A stretch of DNA of 64,000 nt from a virus. The stretch covers positions 1 through 64,000 of the IMG/VR virus record IMGVR_UViG_3300030419_005383; one strand, 5' to 3'. The notes beneath the pieces were generated by a model, which did no database searches, was not told the origin of the DNA, and was given only the letters and a program-made list of their open reading frames with translations. This document shows positions 54,310-64,000 of this stretch, piece after piece; positions within the stretch are counted from its first letter, which is position 1; each line of letters starts with the position of its first letter. The position numbers and the translations under genes were made by a program.

Positions 54310-55016
54310 CTGTACCTCGCACGAATCAAAAGTTCCCTTTGCTTCATGGTGAAAGTAAAGTCCGCACCAACAAAGTAGCTTGTGTTTTGATTCATGTTGA
54401 GGTGGTCTTGCTCCACAATCTTAAGGCTCTGCTCTAAGTAGACGAGCTGCGCTTCAAGTTGAACAATATGACTCCCAGCTACTACTGGAATGGCTCCTAC
54501 CAAATAAGCTGAATCACGAGCCCTTCTCGCTGAAGAAAACCCAGTTTCAGAAACAATCATTCCATCTACTGACAGGCGGAACCTGCAAAGAGTCGATGTC
54601 GGGTCTCTCTTAAGGGTGACACTTGTCGATGAAGAGTCTGTTCCGGGGACCTGAAGCCAGTCAGGATCAGTTGCATCATATGACCACTTCCAACCGCCAG
54701 ACCATTCAACCATCAACAACGCATCAGCCTCAACCTCTATTGTTCTTCTGCTGATATTTGTGTTGTCAACGTCCTCGTACTGCCAGTCTGTTGTAGATGA
54801 AACAAGCGCCGAAGAGTCAGTGCTCGAAGATGTAGACCAGAATTGATTACAGGCATTAACTGCCAGCATGTCTTTCTTAATGAAATTGGCTGGAAAATTA
54901 TCACGGTCCAGATTCCCGTTGAATTCTTCGGCGAAATTCGTGTGATTCAGATTCCAATCATCTGGATCAATCACGTCACCAGATTCGAATGCTCTTTTCT
55001 GATACCGAAAAGCCAT
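54306..55016 (-). CDS. tail-associated protein, triplet member 1
   Basis: N-terminus FESGDVIDPDDWN...LDRDNF. Confidence 0.7.
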   Translation of the reverse strand: MAFRYQKRAFESGDVIDPDDWNLNHTNFAEEFNGNLDRDNFPANFIKKDMLAVNACNQFWSTSSSTDSSALVSSTTDWQYEDVDNTNISRRTIEVEADALLMVEWSGGWKWSYDATDPDWLQVPGTDSSSTSVTLKRDPTSTLCRFRLSVDGMIVSETGFSSARRARDSAYLVGAIPVVAGSHIVQLEAQLVYLEQSLKIVEQDHLNMNQNTSYFVGADFTFTMKQRELLIRARYR

Positions 55017-57163
55017 CAACGCCTCTCCGAGCCCAGCACAGTTGTCATGGGCAACATGTTTCGCTGTTCACCAACCTTAATCTCAAGATCAATCCCAATG
55101 ATCTGAATCCTCTGAGACGCTGCGCTAATGTCAAGCTGAAGTTCGTGAACCGGTTGTTCATGCATGGCCGAGATGTCAAACCGAATAACAACGGGGCGAT
55201 GGGTATTCCATGTATACGGGCCGTCCCAGGTCGCGGTGTCATAGTGAGACAACGCATCAAGCGGATAGACTTGGTCCAGCCCAATTGCATCAGTCAACGA
55301 CGTTGAGTCCTGCCGGTTTACTGTAAAGTTGAGATTGATGTCGTTTTTCCCGTATCCAACCGCATAAATCATCGCATACGCAGGCTGAACAGCCCTATAA
55401 ACAGCACCAAAATCGAAATGAGAAGTTCGGTATAGCGAGCTGATAGGTTTTGTTGACCCAATCGCGCCAGTATCGCCTCTACCTTTGGTTGTAATCCCGC
55501 GAGTGTAAACATGCAGGCCTGGGTTGTTGGTAGTATCGTGGCTCCCAAAAATCAGATACCCGCGGTGGTCCTTTGTCTCCACCATGCAACTGATTGGGAA
55601 ATTCTCCCTTACTGACCAAGCGCCAATCTCATAGTGGTAGATCAAAACCAAGTGATTCTTGACGCCGCCAGAACTTGGTACAGATAACCAATACTCTTTG
55701 TCCTGATGGTAAACAACGCCACACGCATTCATCATCGCTGACTTATTGATTTCTTTGATCTGATCAGGAATTGATGCACTAAGGTTCACGATCTTAGTCG
55801 CCGTCCCCGTGTTCTCCAGGGCCCCAGCAAGTACATATACGCCGGCATCTGATAGAAACATCAGACCAACACCTGGGACCTCTTTGATTGTGTTTGGGGC
55901 AGAACAACCAACGTCTCTGGTTAGAGTCTGGGCATAGAAACCATTCAACGGATCACCTTTGATCAGGTAAATCCCACGCGGCTTAAAAATCACAAGAGAA
56001 TTCTTCGTTGGATAAATTCCAGTGATTGCGCCCATGTCTGAGTCGCCAACCTGAAACACGTTGTCTACTGGAAAAACCTCAGGTTGATTCGGGGCCGAAA
56101 ACCGAACCTCGTTGTTAGCCATTCCGGCAACAAACATCGTGTTTTTGAACACTGCCAAATACTTTGACCCGGCAGGCCAAAACCCAAAATCGTTCGGATC
56201 CATCAACGAACCAAGCCCATAGTCTTGAAGACCGTCTTCATAGTAGGTCGTGATGTTGTCCTGAATCTCAGCCAAGAAATAATAATTCTCACCATCTTGG
56301 GCTTCGATCAGGTCACCGTTCGAATCGGCAAGATTAAGCGTTCTGTAAATCCGGCGAGCAACCACTGACCGATCACCCCTTGGGACATGAACAGCAAGGA
56401 AGTGCCTATACTTGAGACCAGATTCTCTACAGATATTATCAAATCGAATCAGCGAGCTTGACGCCGAGGGCGGTGACTCCTGCCCTCTTTCATTTAAAAA
56501 CGTAACTTTGTAACGATAAGCTGCTGGCGTTCTGTCACTGTACGACGGGTCAACGGTGCCATCTTCGTCTAATTCTGGAAGATCGTCTCTGTGAATATCT
56601 GGACTGGCCGGACCAAGCCCCAGCTCTCTCACTGTTGTTTGACGGTCAATCAGACTCACTGACGGCGCAGAGGGAGGCGAGTCGAACCCAGCGCGATGGG
56701 CTACCCTGCCGTCGAAAACAATCGGCTCATCAAAGCCGTTGACCATGTACAAGCGGCCACCAAAAGACTGCGACTGCGTCCGCTGCCATGAGCCATTTAA
56801 ATAAGTGCGAGCGGTGTAAGTGCTGGCATTAAACCGCGGGACATACGCTTCTGGGCTCGCTGGGGCACTGGCACCCTTGAAATATTTTAGCTCACCATCA
56901 GCCGTTTCATAAATCAGCCACTGGCGCCCACCGTTGTGCTGAGCAAACCAGTGCAAGCTAGTAATTTCTGACTCACCAAAGTAAGCCGGCTGCGAATACT
57001 CGACAAAAGGTGCCGTGACCAGAGGATGGTAGCCACCTGAGTCTTTCCATCCATCCCGCTGATCCCACGTCATGTCGCGAATTAGGCTCGCAGTTGCCGG
57101 AGAAGGCTTCCAGCGTTGGTCCATGCCCCTCAGTTTGGCGATTTGAAAAACTTGAGTTTTCAT
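55016..57163 (-). CDS. tail nozzle/stabilisation protein (P22 gp10 / T7 gp12-like position)
   Basis: Beta-propeller-like repeats, VGCSAPNTI, inserted FN3-like YRYKVTF..GQES segment. Confidence 0.75.
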   Translation of the reverse strand: MKTQVFQIAKLRGMDQRWKPSPATASLIRDMTWDQRDGWKDSGGYHPLVTAPFVEYSQPAYFGESEITSLHWFAQHNGGRQWLIYETADGELKYFKGASAPASPEAYVPRFNASTYTARTYLNGSWQRTQSQSFGGRLYMVNGFDEPIVFDGRVAHRAGFDSPPSAPSVSLIDRQTTVRELGLGPASPDIHRDDLPELDEDGTVDPSYSDRTPAAYRYKVTFLNERGQESPPSASSSLIRFDNICRESGLKYRHFLAVHVPRGDRSVVARRIYRTLNLADSNGDLIEAQDGENYYFLAEIQDNITTYYEDGLQDYGLGSLMDPNDFGFWPAGSKYLAVFKNTMFVAGMANNEVRFSAPNQPEVFPVDNVFQVGDSDMGAITGIYPTKNSLVIFKPRGIYLIKGDPLNGFYAQTLTRDVGCSAPNTIKEVPGVGLMFLSDAGVYVLAGALENTGTATKIVNLSASIPDQIKEINKSAMMNACGVVYHQDKEYWLSVPSSGGVKNHLVLIYHYEIGAWSVRENFPISCMVETKDHRGYLIFGSHDTTNNPGLHVYTRGITTKGRGDTGAIGSTKPISSLYRTSHFDFGAVYRAVQPAYAMIYAVGYGKNDINLNFTVNRQDSTSLTDAIGLDQVYPLDALSHYDTATWDGPYTWNTHRPVVIRFDISAMHEQPVHELQLDISAASQRIQIIGIDLEIKVGEQRNMLPMTTVLGSERR

Positions 57164-58470
57164 AGTTTAGACGGTGTTCCCCATCGCTCGAACTGGAGGA
57201 TGTCTTTCATAAAAGAGCGCCGGATGTAGAGTCTATCAGGCGAAGACAACCAACGGGCCTTCATCTGCTCAAGTACGACCCCGGATCTGCGCTCATAAAG
57301 CTGACCAAGCTGTGTCATCCCGTGCTGAAGACATATATCTTGCAGTGTGCGGTAAACCAGCAGGTGGTGGTACGGCGCAGGCCAAGATGGAACGTCAGCG
57401 TCATTAGAGAGCCTTCTGGGTTGCTGAAGGTAGCGCACGTCCATATTCATGTCTGAATTCGGCGTATACCAGATTCGGAAGTAATCCCTGGGGCCCTGCT
57501 CATACAACGTAGGAACGCGCTGTCTTTCTTTTTCGCCACTCGACGAGCTTGAGTATGTCCCATCCCAAGTAAAGGCAGTCGTTGACTCATCAAGGTCTCC
57601 GCTAATCTCTCGCCAAACACCTCCGCTCGTCTTCTTTCGTGCATAAATACGCTTAAGCCGCCCGGTCGAGTTTTCGGCTGGAGTGCCGCCATAAGTCGCC
57701 TGAGTGTTTTCTAAGTCGTAAATTTTAACGCTTCGGTCCACCCCTGTTCCTGTGGTATGGCTAACGACAAGTGATGGTGCTGACTCTCGACCCTTATAAA
57801 TAAAGGTGTAGCAGAATTCGTATTCTGTGTTTGTTTCGAGGCTTCCGCCTGCGGCCTCCGAAGCAGACGGCGCATCGTCCGGTGGCGGATCGATGTAGCT
57901 GTCCATACTGATGTAGACAATCCCGTCTCCGGTCTCGTCTCGGTCCAAGTGAAGGTTCTCTTCTCTGGCCCGGTCCACATAGACAAGGCGACCCCGGTCA
58001 TCATCTCTGGACATGATTCCCAGGATTTCTGTGCAGTCTTTCGGGACTGGATACCTGCGGAACTCCAGCGACCAATCAGTCGAAGCACTGACCGCCCCAG
58101 AGAGAGTTGTGTCGATAATGACCTTGTCGCCGGTCACAACCTGTGTGATCTCTGCTTCGACGGTGCCAATCTTGAGTGTTTGGCCTTCCCAATCACTTTC
58201 TGCCGTTGGGGCTGATACTCCGCCAAAACTAACAGTACGAAGGCCAGCAACTGTTGAGTCGGTAACCGTGATGGTCTTACCTGAACCGCCTTCAATCTTG
58301 GCCTTCAGCGTAATCTCATGCGTCTTTTGCAGGAAGCTCCACTGGTACTGACTTGAGATCTGGAGGTAATGACGATTCAACACGCGGGCCACAATGTCCC
58401 GGTACTGAGCCAGGTCTGGATTGTAATCCAGCGCGGCATTGACTTCCTGGCGTAGTTCTTTCAGATTCAC
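57160..58470 (-). CDS. head-tail adaptor (tail tubular protein A-like) with inserted domains
   Basis: GTG start with GGAGG RBS; NLKELRQEV...WSFL; DVPSWPAPYHHLLVY. Confidence 0.7.
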   Translation of the reverse strand: MNLKELRQEVNAALDYNPDLAQYRDIVARVLNRHYLQISSQYQWSFLQKTHEITLKAKIEGGSGKTITVTDSTVAGLRTVSFGGVSAPTAESDWEGQTLKIGTVEAEITQVVTGDKVIIDTTLSGAVSASTDWSLEFRRYPVPKDCTEILGIMSRDDDRGRLVYVDRAREENLHLDRDETGDGIVYISMDSYIDPPPDDAPSASEAAGGSLETNTEYEFCYTFIYKGRESAPSLVVSHTTGTGVDRSVKIYDLENTQATYGGTPAENSTGRLKRIYARKKTSGGVWREISGDLDESTTAFTWDGTYSSSSSGEKERQRVPTLYEQGPRDYFRIWYTPNSDMNMDVRYLQQPRRLSNDADVPSWPAPYHHLLVYRTLQDICLQHGMTQLGQLYERRSGVVLEQMKARWLSSPDRLYIRRSFMKDILQFERWGTPSKL

Positions 58471-58485
58471 GGACCTTTCCTCCAA

Positions 58486-58526
58486 TAGAAAACCGGCGAC
58501 CGAGCACATTGTACCCCGGTCGCCGG
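58486..58526 (-). terminator. intrinsic terminator after the capsid/decoration genes
   Basis: CCGGCGACCG...CGGTCGCCGG stem followed by TTTTCT on the - strand. Confidence 0.7.
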
Positions 58527-58557
58527 CATTGGGCGCAGGGCCCGAGAACGGAAAGGC

Positions 58558-59028
58558 TTAGTTGGTGAACCAGCCCTTGTCGTACATCATGAACTTACCG
58601 TCCGAATCACCGCTGCTATACGCATCAATGCAAACGCCAAGGACCTCAGTTGTTGTCGAATCCGTATCATAAATACGAATTTGACCAGAGGTAGACGCCG
58701 ACACCCGGTCACCCGCAGAAATCGCTTCAGCGGCCGTTGGGCTGGTTGCGTTAACGCCATCAATCAACCCACCGGTTTGAATAATGACCTTTTCTTTATC
58801 CGAAGCGGCATGCAGAGCAACGCCGCAAGCCAATGGACTACTGGTGGCGTCGCATGCCTTAACGATCTGGCCTGCATAACCATAGTTATCAGGATCCGGG
58901 TCAGCAGCCGCATCGGTCTCCAGAATAACCACCTGGCCCTTCGTGATTGTTCCATTAGCCAGCGCTGTATACGTGTTTTTTGGGTTGTGTGCAGTTCCAT
59001 CAACCCCATCAATCTTCAAGATACCCAT
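58558..59028 (-). CDS. capsid decoration/cement protein
   Basis: ITKGQVV...CGVALHAA...IQTGG...ISAGD; follows the capsid gene. Confidence 0.7.
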   Translation of the reverse strand: MGILKIDGVDGTAHNPKNTYTALANGTITKGQVVILETDAAADPDPDNYGYAGQIVKACDATSSPLACGVALHAASDKEKVIIQTGGLIDGVNATSPTAAEAISAGDRVSASTSGQIRIYDTDSTTTEVLGVCIDAYSSGDSDGKFMMYDKGWFTN

Positions 59029-59054
59029 TTTGTTTTCCCCAAAAAGAAGTTAGT

Positions 59055-60101
59055 TTAGAAGGTTTCGAGGTCGATAGCCAAGCCGCTGGAACCGAGATGC
59101 TTAGCGAGAAGCTGACCGCGGCAACGGATTTTGGCGGAACGAACATCGTACTCACCGGACACGGTTTCAAACTCACCCAGATCGAAGAAACCCTTCGGAT
59201 CCCAGAGGACGTGAATGTCGCTCATGTTCAGGAAGTAGAAGCTGGCGGGGTCGGTAGTGGACTGCGAGCCGTCATCAGGCATGTTGCGCTCGACATCGAT
59301 CATCACGCCATCCCAGAACTCAACCATGCGGCCACCATCGATCTTGTCGGTATCCACGTACCGCTCGTTGGCTTGGAGAGAACGCTTCAGGTTCTTGAAG
59401 CCTTCACGCGATGCCAAGATGACATCCGGGGGGCCAGATGGCGACACGCTGTTGATTTCGACTTTCAGGTCGTACAGTCCAGCGAGACCATTCGCGTTGA
59501 AGCTACCGGAACCATCATAAAACTGGTTCTGCCAACCGACCTTGGACGAATACGTGCCCTTGTCTACGCCACCAACTGAGTTGGTTTGTGTAGTAGGCGC
59601 TGCCGCTTCAAGAAAACCAGCAACAGCAGTGTCGATACCGTTGAGGCTTCCCCAGTCTTCCCAGCCAGTCTGACCGCCTTTCACGATCTGCTTGACGAAT
59701 TCACGCTTGAGGGCGTTCGCGGTCATCTTGACCCGGCCTTCAAGAATGGACAGAACCGCAGCATCACCCTGGTTCACGAACTCTTCTTCTGAAGAGATTG
59801 CAACGGGACGCACGACGTGTGCCCATTGGTACACAGCAGGCTGGTACACATCCGAGACGCTCAGGTCGATGCGCTCGAAACCGGTCTGCATGCGGGTGGT
59901 GCTGCTGTGCTCACCGAAACCCAATGGCACGACAATACGGGTTCCACCAGACTGGCTGGGGGATCCTGCACCATGCACGCGCTCTTGAGCGTCGAGGAAT
60001 GCAACTGATTCATGAACTGCGTCACGCCATTCCTTCATCAGGACATACATGGTCGTGGAAAGCAGTTCGTTTCCAATGGTAAGAGAGGTAGTAGTGGCCA
60101 T
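59055..60101 (-). CDS. major capsid protein
   Basis: 348 aa after scaffold; GGTRIVVPL, VAISSEEEFVNQG, FYFLN. Confidence 0.82.
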   Translation of the reverse strand: MATTTSLTIGNELLSTTMYVLMKEWRDAVHESVAFLDAQERVHGAGSPSQSGGTRIVVPLGFGEHSSTTRMQTGFERIDLSVSDVYQPAVYQWAHVVRPVAISSEEEFVNQGDAAVLSILEGRVKMTANALKREFVKQIVKGGQTGWEDWGSLNGIDTAVAGFLEAAAPTTQTNSVGGVDKGTYSSKVGWQNQFYDGSGSFNANGLAGLYDLKVEINSVSPSGPPDVILASREGFKNLKRSLQANERYVDTDKIDGGRMVEFWDGVMIDVERNMPDDGSQSTTDPASFYFLNMSDIHVLWDPKGFFDLGEFETVSGEYDVRSAKIRCRGQLLAKHLGSSGLAIDLETF

Positions 60102-60122
60102 CGTGGGCTCCTATAGGGGGTC

Positions 60123-61133
60123 TCAGTGTCGGAATTCGCTGCTAATTTTGCGCGCAGCCTCTGGATTGTTTTCTAACCACAGTCGTATGGCGTTCGCACC
60201 TTTACGTTTCACATCAGCAGGAACACCCTCAATACCGGGAGAACCACTGGCCGAGGTTCGGCTCACTCTGCGCGCCGCATTGGCACGCGCTCTTTGCTCT
60301 TGCGCTTGACGTGCTTGCCGTTCAGCAAGAACCTGTTGCGCCTTTACAAGCTGGTACGCATCCTGCGTATCAATGGCTTGGCCAGCCTCTTGGCGCCCAC
60401 GGACAAGTTTAAGGACTTCGTTCTTAAACGTCGGGTCACGCATCTCAGGATGCTTGTCAACAAAGTCCAAGTAGGCGCTTTGTTTAATCTTCCGGTCAGC
60501 CGCCTGGTGGAGTGGCTCCAATACACGACTCATCCCCTGAGCGACCCCACGATCAATGCGGGCCTGAATTCCCTCCGGGGAAAGTGGATCAGGAAGCTCT
60601 TCCTCTGGTACTGAAAGCGTCTCTCTTACCTTCGGATCGTCAATCAGCGCATAGAACTCTGCCTGGCGGCGGGCAAAGTCTCGCTCCATCTGCTCCAACT
60701 TCTGTTGGCGCTGAGCACTTTCCGCTTCCTTAGATGCAATCACCTCTTGCAGTTTCGCGTTGTTCTTTTCGTATGCAACACGGAAGTTGTGCAACATGCG
60801 GCGAGCAACGGGTGGAAGATCCTTGATGTGCTCTGGATTCAGGTCGTCGTAGAACCCGTCATGCTCCATCTCTTCGACTTCAGGCAACTCCGAGGTCAAA
60901 GGGTCAAAGCTTACGGGCTCAAAATTGTCGCTCGACACAGGCTCAGACGCAGGCTCAGACGCAGGCTCCGCATCTGCTGAAGCAGCAGTAGCGTCAACGG
61001 TATCAACAGGCGCAGCCTCTACTGCTTCAATTGGCTCTGGCTCAATTGAGTCAACAGAAGAAGCAAGTTCATCCGTAGAGACTGACGCCTCTGCGGACAT
61101 GGTTTCATTTACATCGGTGTCTTCGTTAATCAC
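60123..61133 (-). CDS. scaffolding protein
   Basis: Acidic disordered N-terminus plus coiled coil, immediately upstream of the capsid gene. Confidence 0.7.
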   Translation of the reverse strand: MINEDTDVNETMSAEASVSTDELASSVDSIEPEPIEAVEAAPVDTVDATAASADAEPASEPASEPVSSDNFEPVSFDPLTSELPEVEEMEHDGFYDDLNPEHIKDLPPVARRMLHNFRVAYEKNNAKLQEVIASKEAESAQRQQKLEQMERDFARRQAEFYALIDDPKVRETLSVPEEELPDPLSPEGIQARIDRGVAQGMSRVLEPLHQAADRKIKQSAYLDFVDKHPEMRDPTFKNEVLKLVRGRQEAGQAIDTQDAYQLVKAQQVLAERQARQAQEQRARANAARRVSRTSASGSPGIEGVPADVKRKGANAIRLWLENNPEAARKISSEFRH

Positions 61134-61197
61134 TGTGTACCCTCATTTCCGTTAATACGAGAATAAAACTTACCACTAAGTACCAACGCTACGCAAG

Positions 61198-61791
61198 CTA
61201 TGCAAGCCCCGCTGCGAGTTCTTCGTCTTCAGGAGACATGGCCCCCATTTCAGGCGGAGGGCCAAGCTCACCAGCCGGCGCTTCGGCTGGAGCCTGCATT
61301 GCCTCAATGAGCTTTTTGTCTTTTCTCATCCGAACAAGTTGCGCACTGGTTTTTCTAAGCTCAACGTCGCTAACCATTTGGAGAGGTTCAAAGTCATACT
61401 TTTCAGCAAACTCACCTTCTCCAACCATCTTAAGGGCCTCAGAGATTGCAACGAGAGGAACAAACAGTGCAGGCGGAATTGGTTCCATCCACTTCTTTTC
61501 AGTACCAAAATCAACCTCAACAGGAGGAAGCTCACCACCACCAAAAACATCAAGCGTTTCGTTGAATTCTTTTTGCAGCGTCTGGAGCGCCTTTACTGAA
61601 TATGGCTTTTCCGGCACTGGGGCTTGAGCCGCGATATCAGAAACCCGAGCCATCGCATCGTCTTGTACCCCTTCAGGAGGCATTGGTGGTGCGGCACCTG
61701 GCCCACCGGGGGGCATCGGGGGCGCGTCTGGGGCGGCTCCAGGTTCTCCAGCGTATGGAAGGCGTTGTCCGGTTGCGGGGTCGGTGGGCAT
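61198..61791 (-). CDS. Pro-rich acidic head-module protein
   Basis: AGGAGA RBS. Confidence 0.7.
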   Translation of the reverse strand: MPTDPATGQRLPYAGEPGAAPDAPPMPPGGPGAAPPMPPEGVQDDAMARVSDIAAQAPVPEKPYSVKALQTLQKEFNETLDVFGGGELPPVEVDFGTEKKWMEPIPPALFVPLVAISEALKMVGEGEFAEKYDFEPLQMVSDVELRKTSAQLVRMRKDKKLIEAMQAPAEAPAGELGPPPEMGAMSPEDEELAAGLA

Positions 61792-61809
61792 GATGTCTCC
61801 TAAAGGTGC

Positions 61810-62421
61810 TCAGAGAATACCAAGATCTCGTTTGCGGCGAAACTCTTTAAAACCAGGATGTGTATCAAGACGTTCGCAATAATCTGCGTACTCTTTCTCT
61901 TCCTTCTTGTTTTGCGTATCCCATTTAGAATACTCTCGCTCAATGTCCCAGTCACCGTCAACGGGCGTCAATCCACGAGCACGGCAGATGTCTCGGCGGT
62001 GCTGTTTTGATTGAAGCATCACGCCGAGGCCCCGGTCATAGTACGGAAAACGCTCACTGAACCGGTCGATGTTGACTGTGACGGGTCGAACCTCAGCAGA
62101 GGCTCCACAATTGGTGCAAGCAATTGACTTGGGAACTTCGCCGTCAACCAAGTCAATGTCCTCAATGTCTTCATGGCCACAATCACTGCACCGAATGTCA
62201 CGCCAGGCATAATTTTTCTCAGCCTGGCGCCGGTTGGACTCGTCAATCCTGAGTTTTTCACCATGACGGGTAACAGTCAAAGACTGACTCATTCCCACAG
62301 ACGGTCGATATTTAGATTTCTGACAGCAGGTGTCGCACTCGACACTTTCCGGTCTGGAAGATGCAGAAAAGAACTTTTCAGTCTCATGTCCGTCTACACA
62401 AAAAAAACCATACAAAGGCAC
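61810..62421 (-). CDS. double zinc-ribbon (FmdB-like) protein
   Basis: MPLYGFFCVDGH...CDTC; CSDCGH...CTNC. Confidence 0.75.
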   Translation of the reverse strand: MPLYGFFCVDGHETEKFFSASSRPESVECDTCCQKSKYRPSVGMSQSLTVTRHGEKLRIDESNRRQAEKNYAWRDIRCSDCGHEDIEDIDLVDGEVPKSIACTNCGASAEVRPVTVNIDRFSERFPYYDRGLGVMLQSKQHRRDICRARGLTPVDGDWDIEREYSKWDTQNKKEEKEYADYCERLDTHPGFKEFRRKRDLGIL

Positions 62422-62423
62422 TT

Positions 62424-64000
62424 TTACATTCCTGGCATCTGAGGTGATCCGCCTACAGCATTAGCCAACATCTGTGCTTGCTGATCGGGCGGTAGTTGAG
62501 CCAACTGGTCCAATGTTGCCAACATTTCAGGGTCGTTCGCAAAGACCTCACGCAACATTGGAATCGCTTGCTCTGGTGGAAGTGTAGCAATCTGTGCGAG
62601 GTCAGGTGGCGCTCCAGGCACTCCAGGCGCTCCAGGTGGAGGAGCCTCTGGCTGCATTTCTTCCGGCCCAGCTTCAGGTTGTTCCTGCTTTGCTTCAGCT
62701 TCCGCCTTCTCCATTTCTTCTTTACCGCGAGTTTCCAGCTCTTCTGGGTGTAGATCCTGCGGAAGATCAAAACGCTCAGCAACAACTTTCATATACGATT
62801 TAGCAAAGGCGCCCATAGGGCCACCCTCTTGAGCCGCCTGCCATAGTGCTGTCAACGGTTGCAGTAAAGCCACCAAATTCTGTTGCATCGCGGCATCATT
62901 CAACGGGGTTCTGCCACCCTCAACAAAGTTGACCTCAAACTCAGCATCAAGGTCCATTACCGCAACCGCAATCATTTCTCGACGATCCATCAGCTTTAGA
63001 ACCGACTGCTCAACAGCCACGCTACCGTCTTCCAGCTCAGACTTCCCAAGTTCAGGAACCTGGCCACCGTCGAGGTAAGACGAAGGTCCTCCAAAAATCT
63101 TATCTGCTTCTGAGTGCTTGACCTGAGATTCTGTCTCCTCATCAATCTCTTCAGAGTCAGAGGACTTTTCATCCCCGTCTGGGATCGCGCCAACTTCTGC
63201 GTACTCTACAGCCTGGTCTTCATAGGCCCCGGTGCTGTCGCCAGCGTCTTGCATGGCCCCAATCAGAGCCCTAAGCATGAGTTTGACCACTTGTGCCAGC
63301 CATTCGTCCCTGATGGAGGCGTGTAGACCGTACTCAGATTCCGTGTACTGCTGAACCGTTTGGACCTCAAAGGCCGTTGCCTTGGTCACCTGGCCTCGTG
63401 CCGCCGGGCTGGTTCCAATAGCCAATTGCAGATCGCGCTCGACCTGGCTCAGGTAACGATCAATGTTTGCCGAAATCGGGGAATTCTGGATTGGAATAAT
63501 CGCATCGCCAAGCGGGCGCTCGAATCCCTGCTCTACCTCAAGGACCAGCCCATCATGACCTTCCGTTAGGTTGGTCAACTCATCGCTTGAAAACGTGCCC
63601 TTACGAGTAATGTACTGACGGGTATCTTTACGCGTCGCCATCGCCATAAACGACCGATAGCCATTCAGCTCTCGCAGTTGAGGCATCATGCGCCGAGCAT
63701 GCGCAATCCCGCGAAGCGGAAATTCAGGCTCATGATTAAAGATCAGCGGAACCACATGCGCCATCGGTTGACCAGACGGTGTCGCAAACGGAAGCGGACC
63801 AATCCATACGGGCGTCTTGGACAATTCGCCTTGGCCCAAAATATAGATTTCCAGCCTGCCGTTGTAGATGATGTCGGGATTCTGTTCGTCCCGCACTTGA
63901 TCCTCCAGATTACAAAGCTCCAAAACCCGCACAAAGGCCTGATTATCTGACGGTGCCTGATTGGTCTTTTTGGTCGTTTTTGAGTCAAGTTGGGACTTTT
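62424..64000 (-). CDS. portal protein (5' end outside the window)
   Basis: Frame is open to the window edge (KSQLDSKT...); ARGQVTKATAFEV motif; first gene of the head module. Confidence 0.75.
   Translation of the reverse strand, partial: KSQLDSKTTKKTNQAPSDNQAFVRVLELCNLEDQVRDEQNPDIIYNGRLEIYILGQGELSKTPVWIGPLPFATPSGQPMAHVVPLIFNHEPEFPLRGIAHARRMMPQLRELNGYRSFMAMATRKDTRQYITRKGTFSSDELTNLTEGHDGLVLEVEQGFERPLGDAIIPIQNSPISANIDRYLSQVERDLQLAIGTSPAARGQVTKATAFEVQTVQQYTESEYGLHASIRDEWLAQVVKLMLRALIGAMQDAGDSTGAYEDQAVEYAEVGAIPDGDEKSSDSEEIDEETESQVKHSEADKIFGGPSSYLDGGQVPELGKSELEDGSVAVEQSVLKLMDRREMIAVAVMDLDAEFEVNFVEGGRTPLNDAAMQQNLVALLQPLTALWQAAQEGGPMGAFAKSYMKVVAERFDLPQDLHPEELETRGKEEMEKAEAEAKQEQPEAGPEEMQPEAPPPGAPGVPGAPPDLAQIATLPPEQAIPMLREVFANDPEMLATLDQLAQLPPDQQAQMLANAVGGSPQMPGM

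Noticed and set aside
1-64000. Stop-codon reassignment
   Set aside because: Genes tile densely under the standard code, and TAA, TAG and TGA are all used as stops

Overview
The window looks like most of a tailed-phage (Caudoviricetes) genome with podovirus-type morphogenesis. No tape measure or tail tube gene was recognised; instead there are P22-like portal, capsid, adaptor, nozzle and ejection genes. The + strand carries ~45 small early genes (0.6-19.7 kb) driven by a repeated promoter. A replication module (Zn-finger/TOPRIM primase, VapE-type helicase, SF2 helicase) and a YqaJ/RecT recombination module follow, with a divergent Cro-like plus histone-like pair between them. The - strand (64 kb to 27.9 kb) carries the portal (truncated by the window edge), scaffold, major capsid and tail genes, ejection proteins including a 4060-aa polyvalent protein and a lytic transglycosylase, and an amidase lysis cassette. 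No DNA polymerase, terminase, integrase, tRNA, CRISPR array or reverse transcriptase was recognised. The most notable observations: (1) a paralog of the VapE helicase that keeps the N-domain and C-terminal winged helix but lacks the ATPase core; (2) a highly structured leader on the primase operon with a potential pseudoknot next to the SD; (3) an iteron-like GTATGGCA array; (4) an early promoter family with a fixed 16-bp spacer and a GTG element; (5) several candidate structured RNAs, two sharing a covarying motif; (6) a tandem gene pair with alternating identical and hypervariable blocks. All family calls come from motif recognition by eye; no database search was run.
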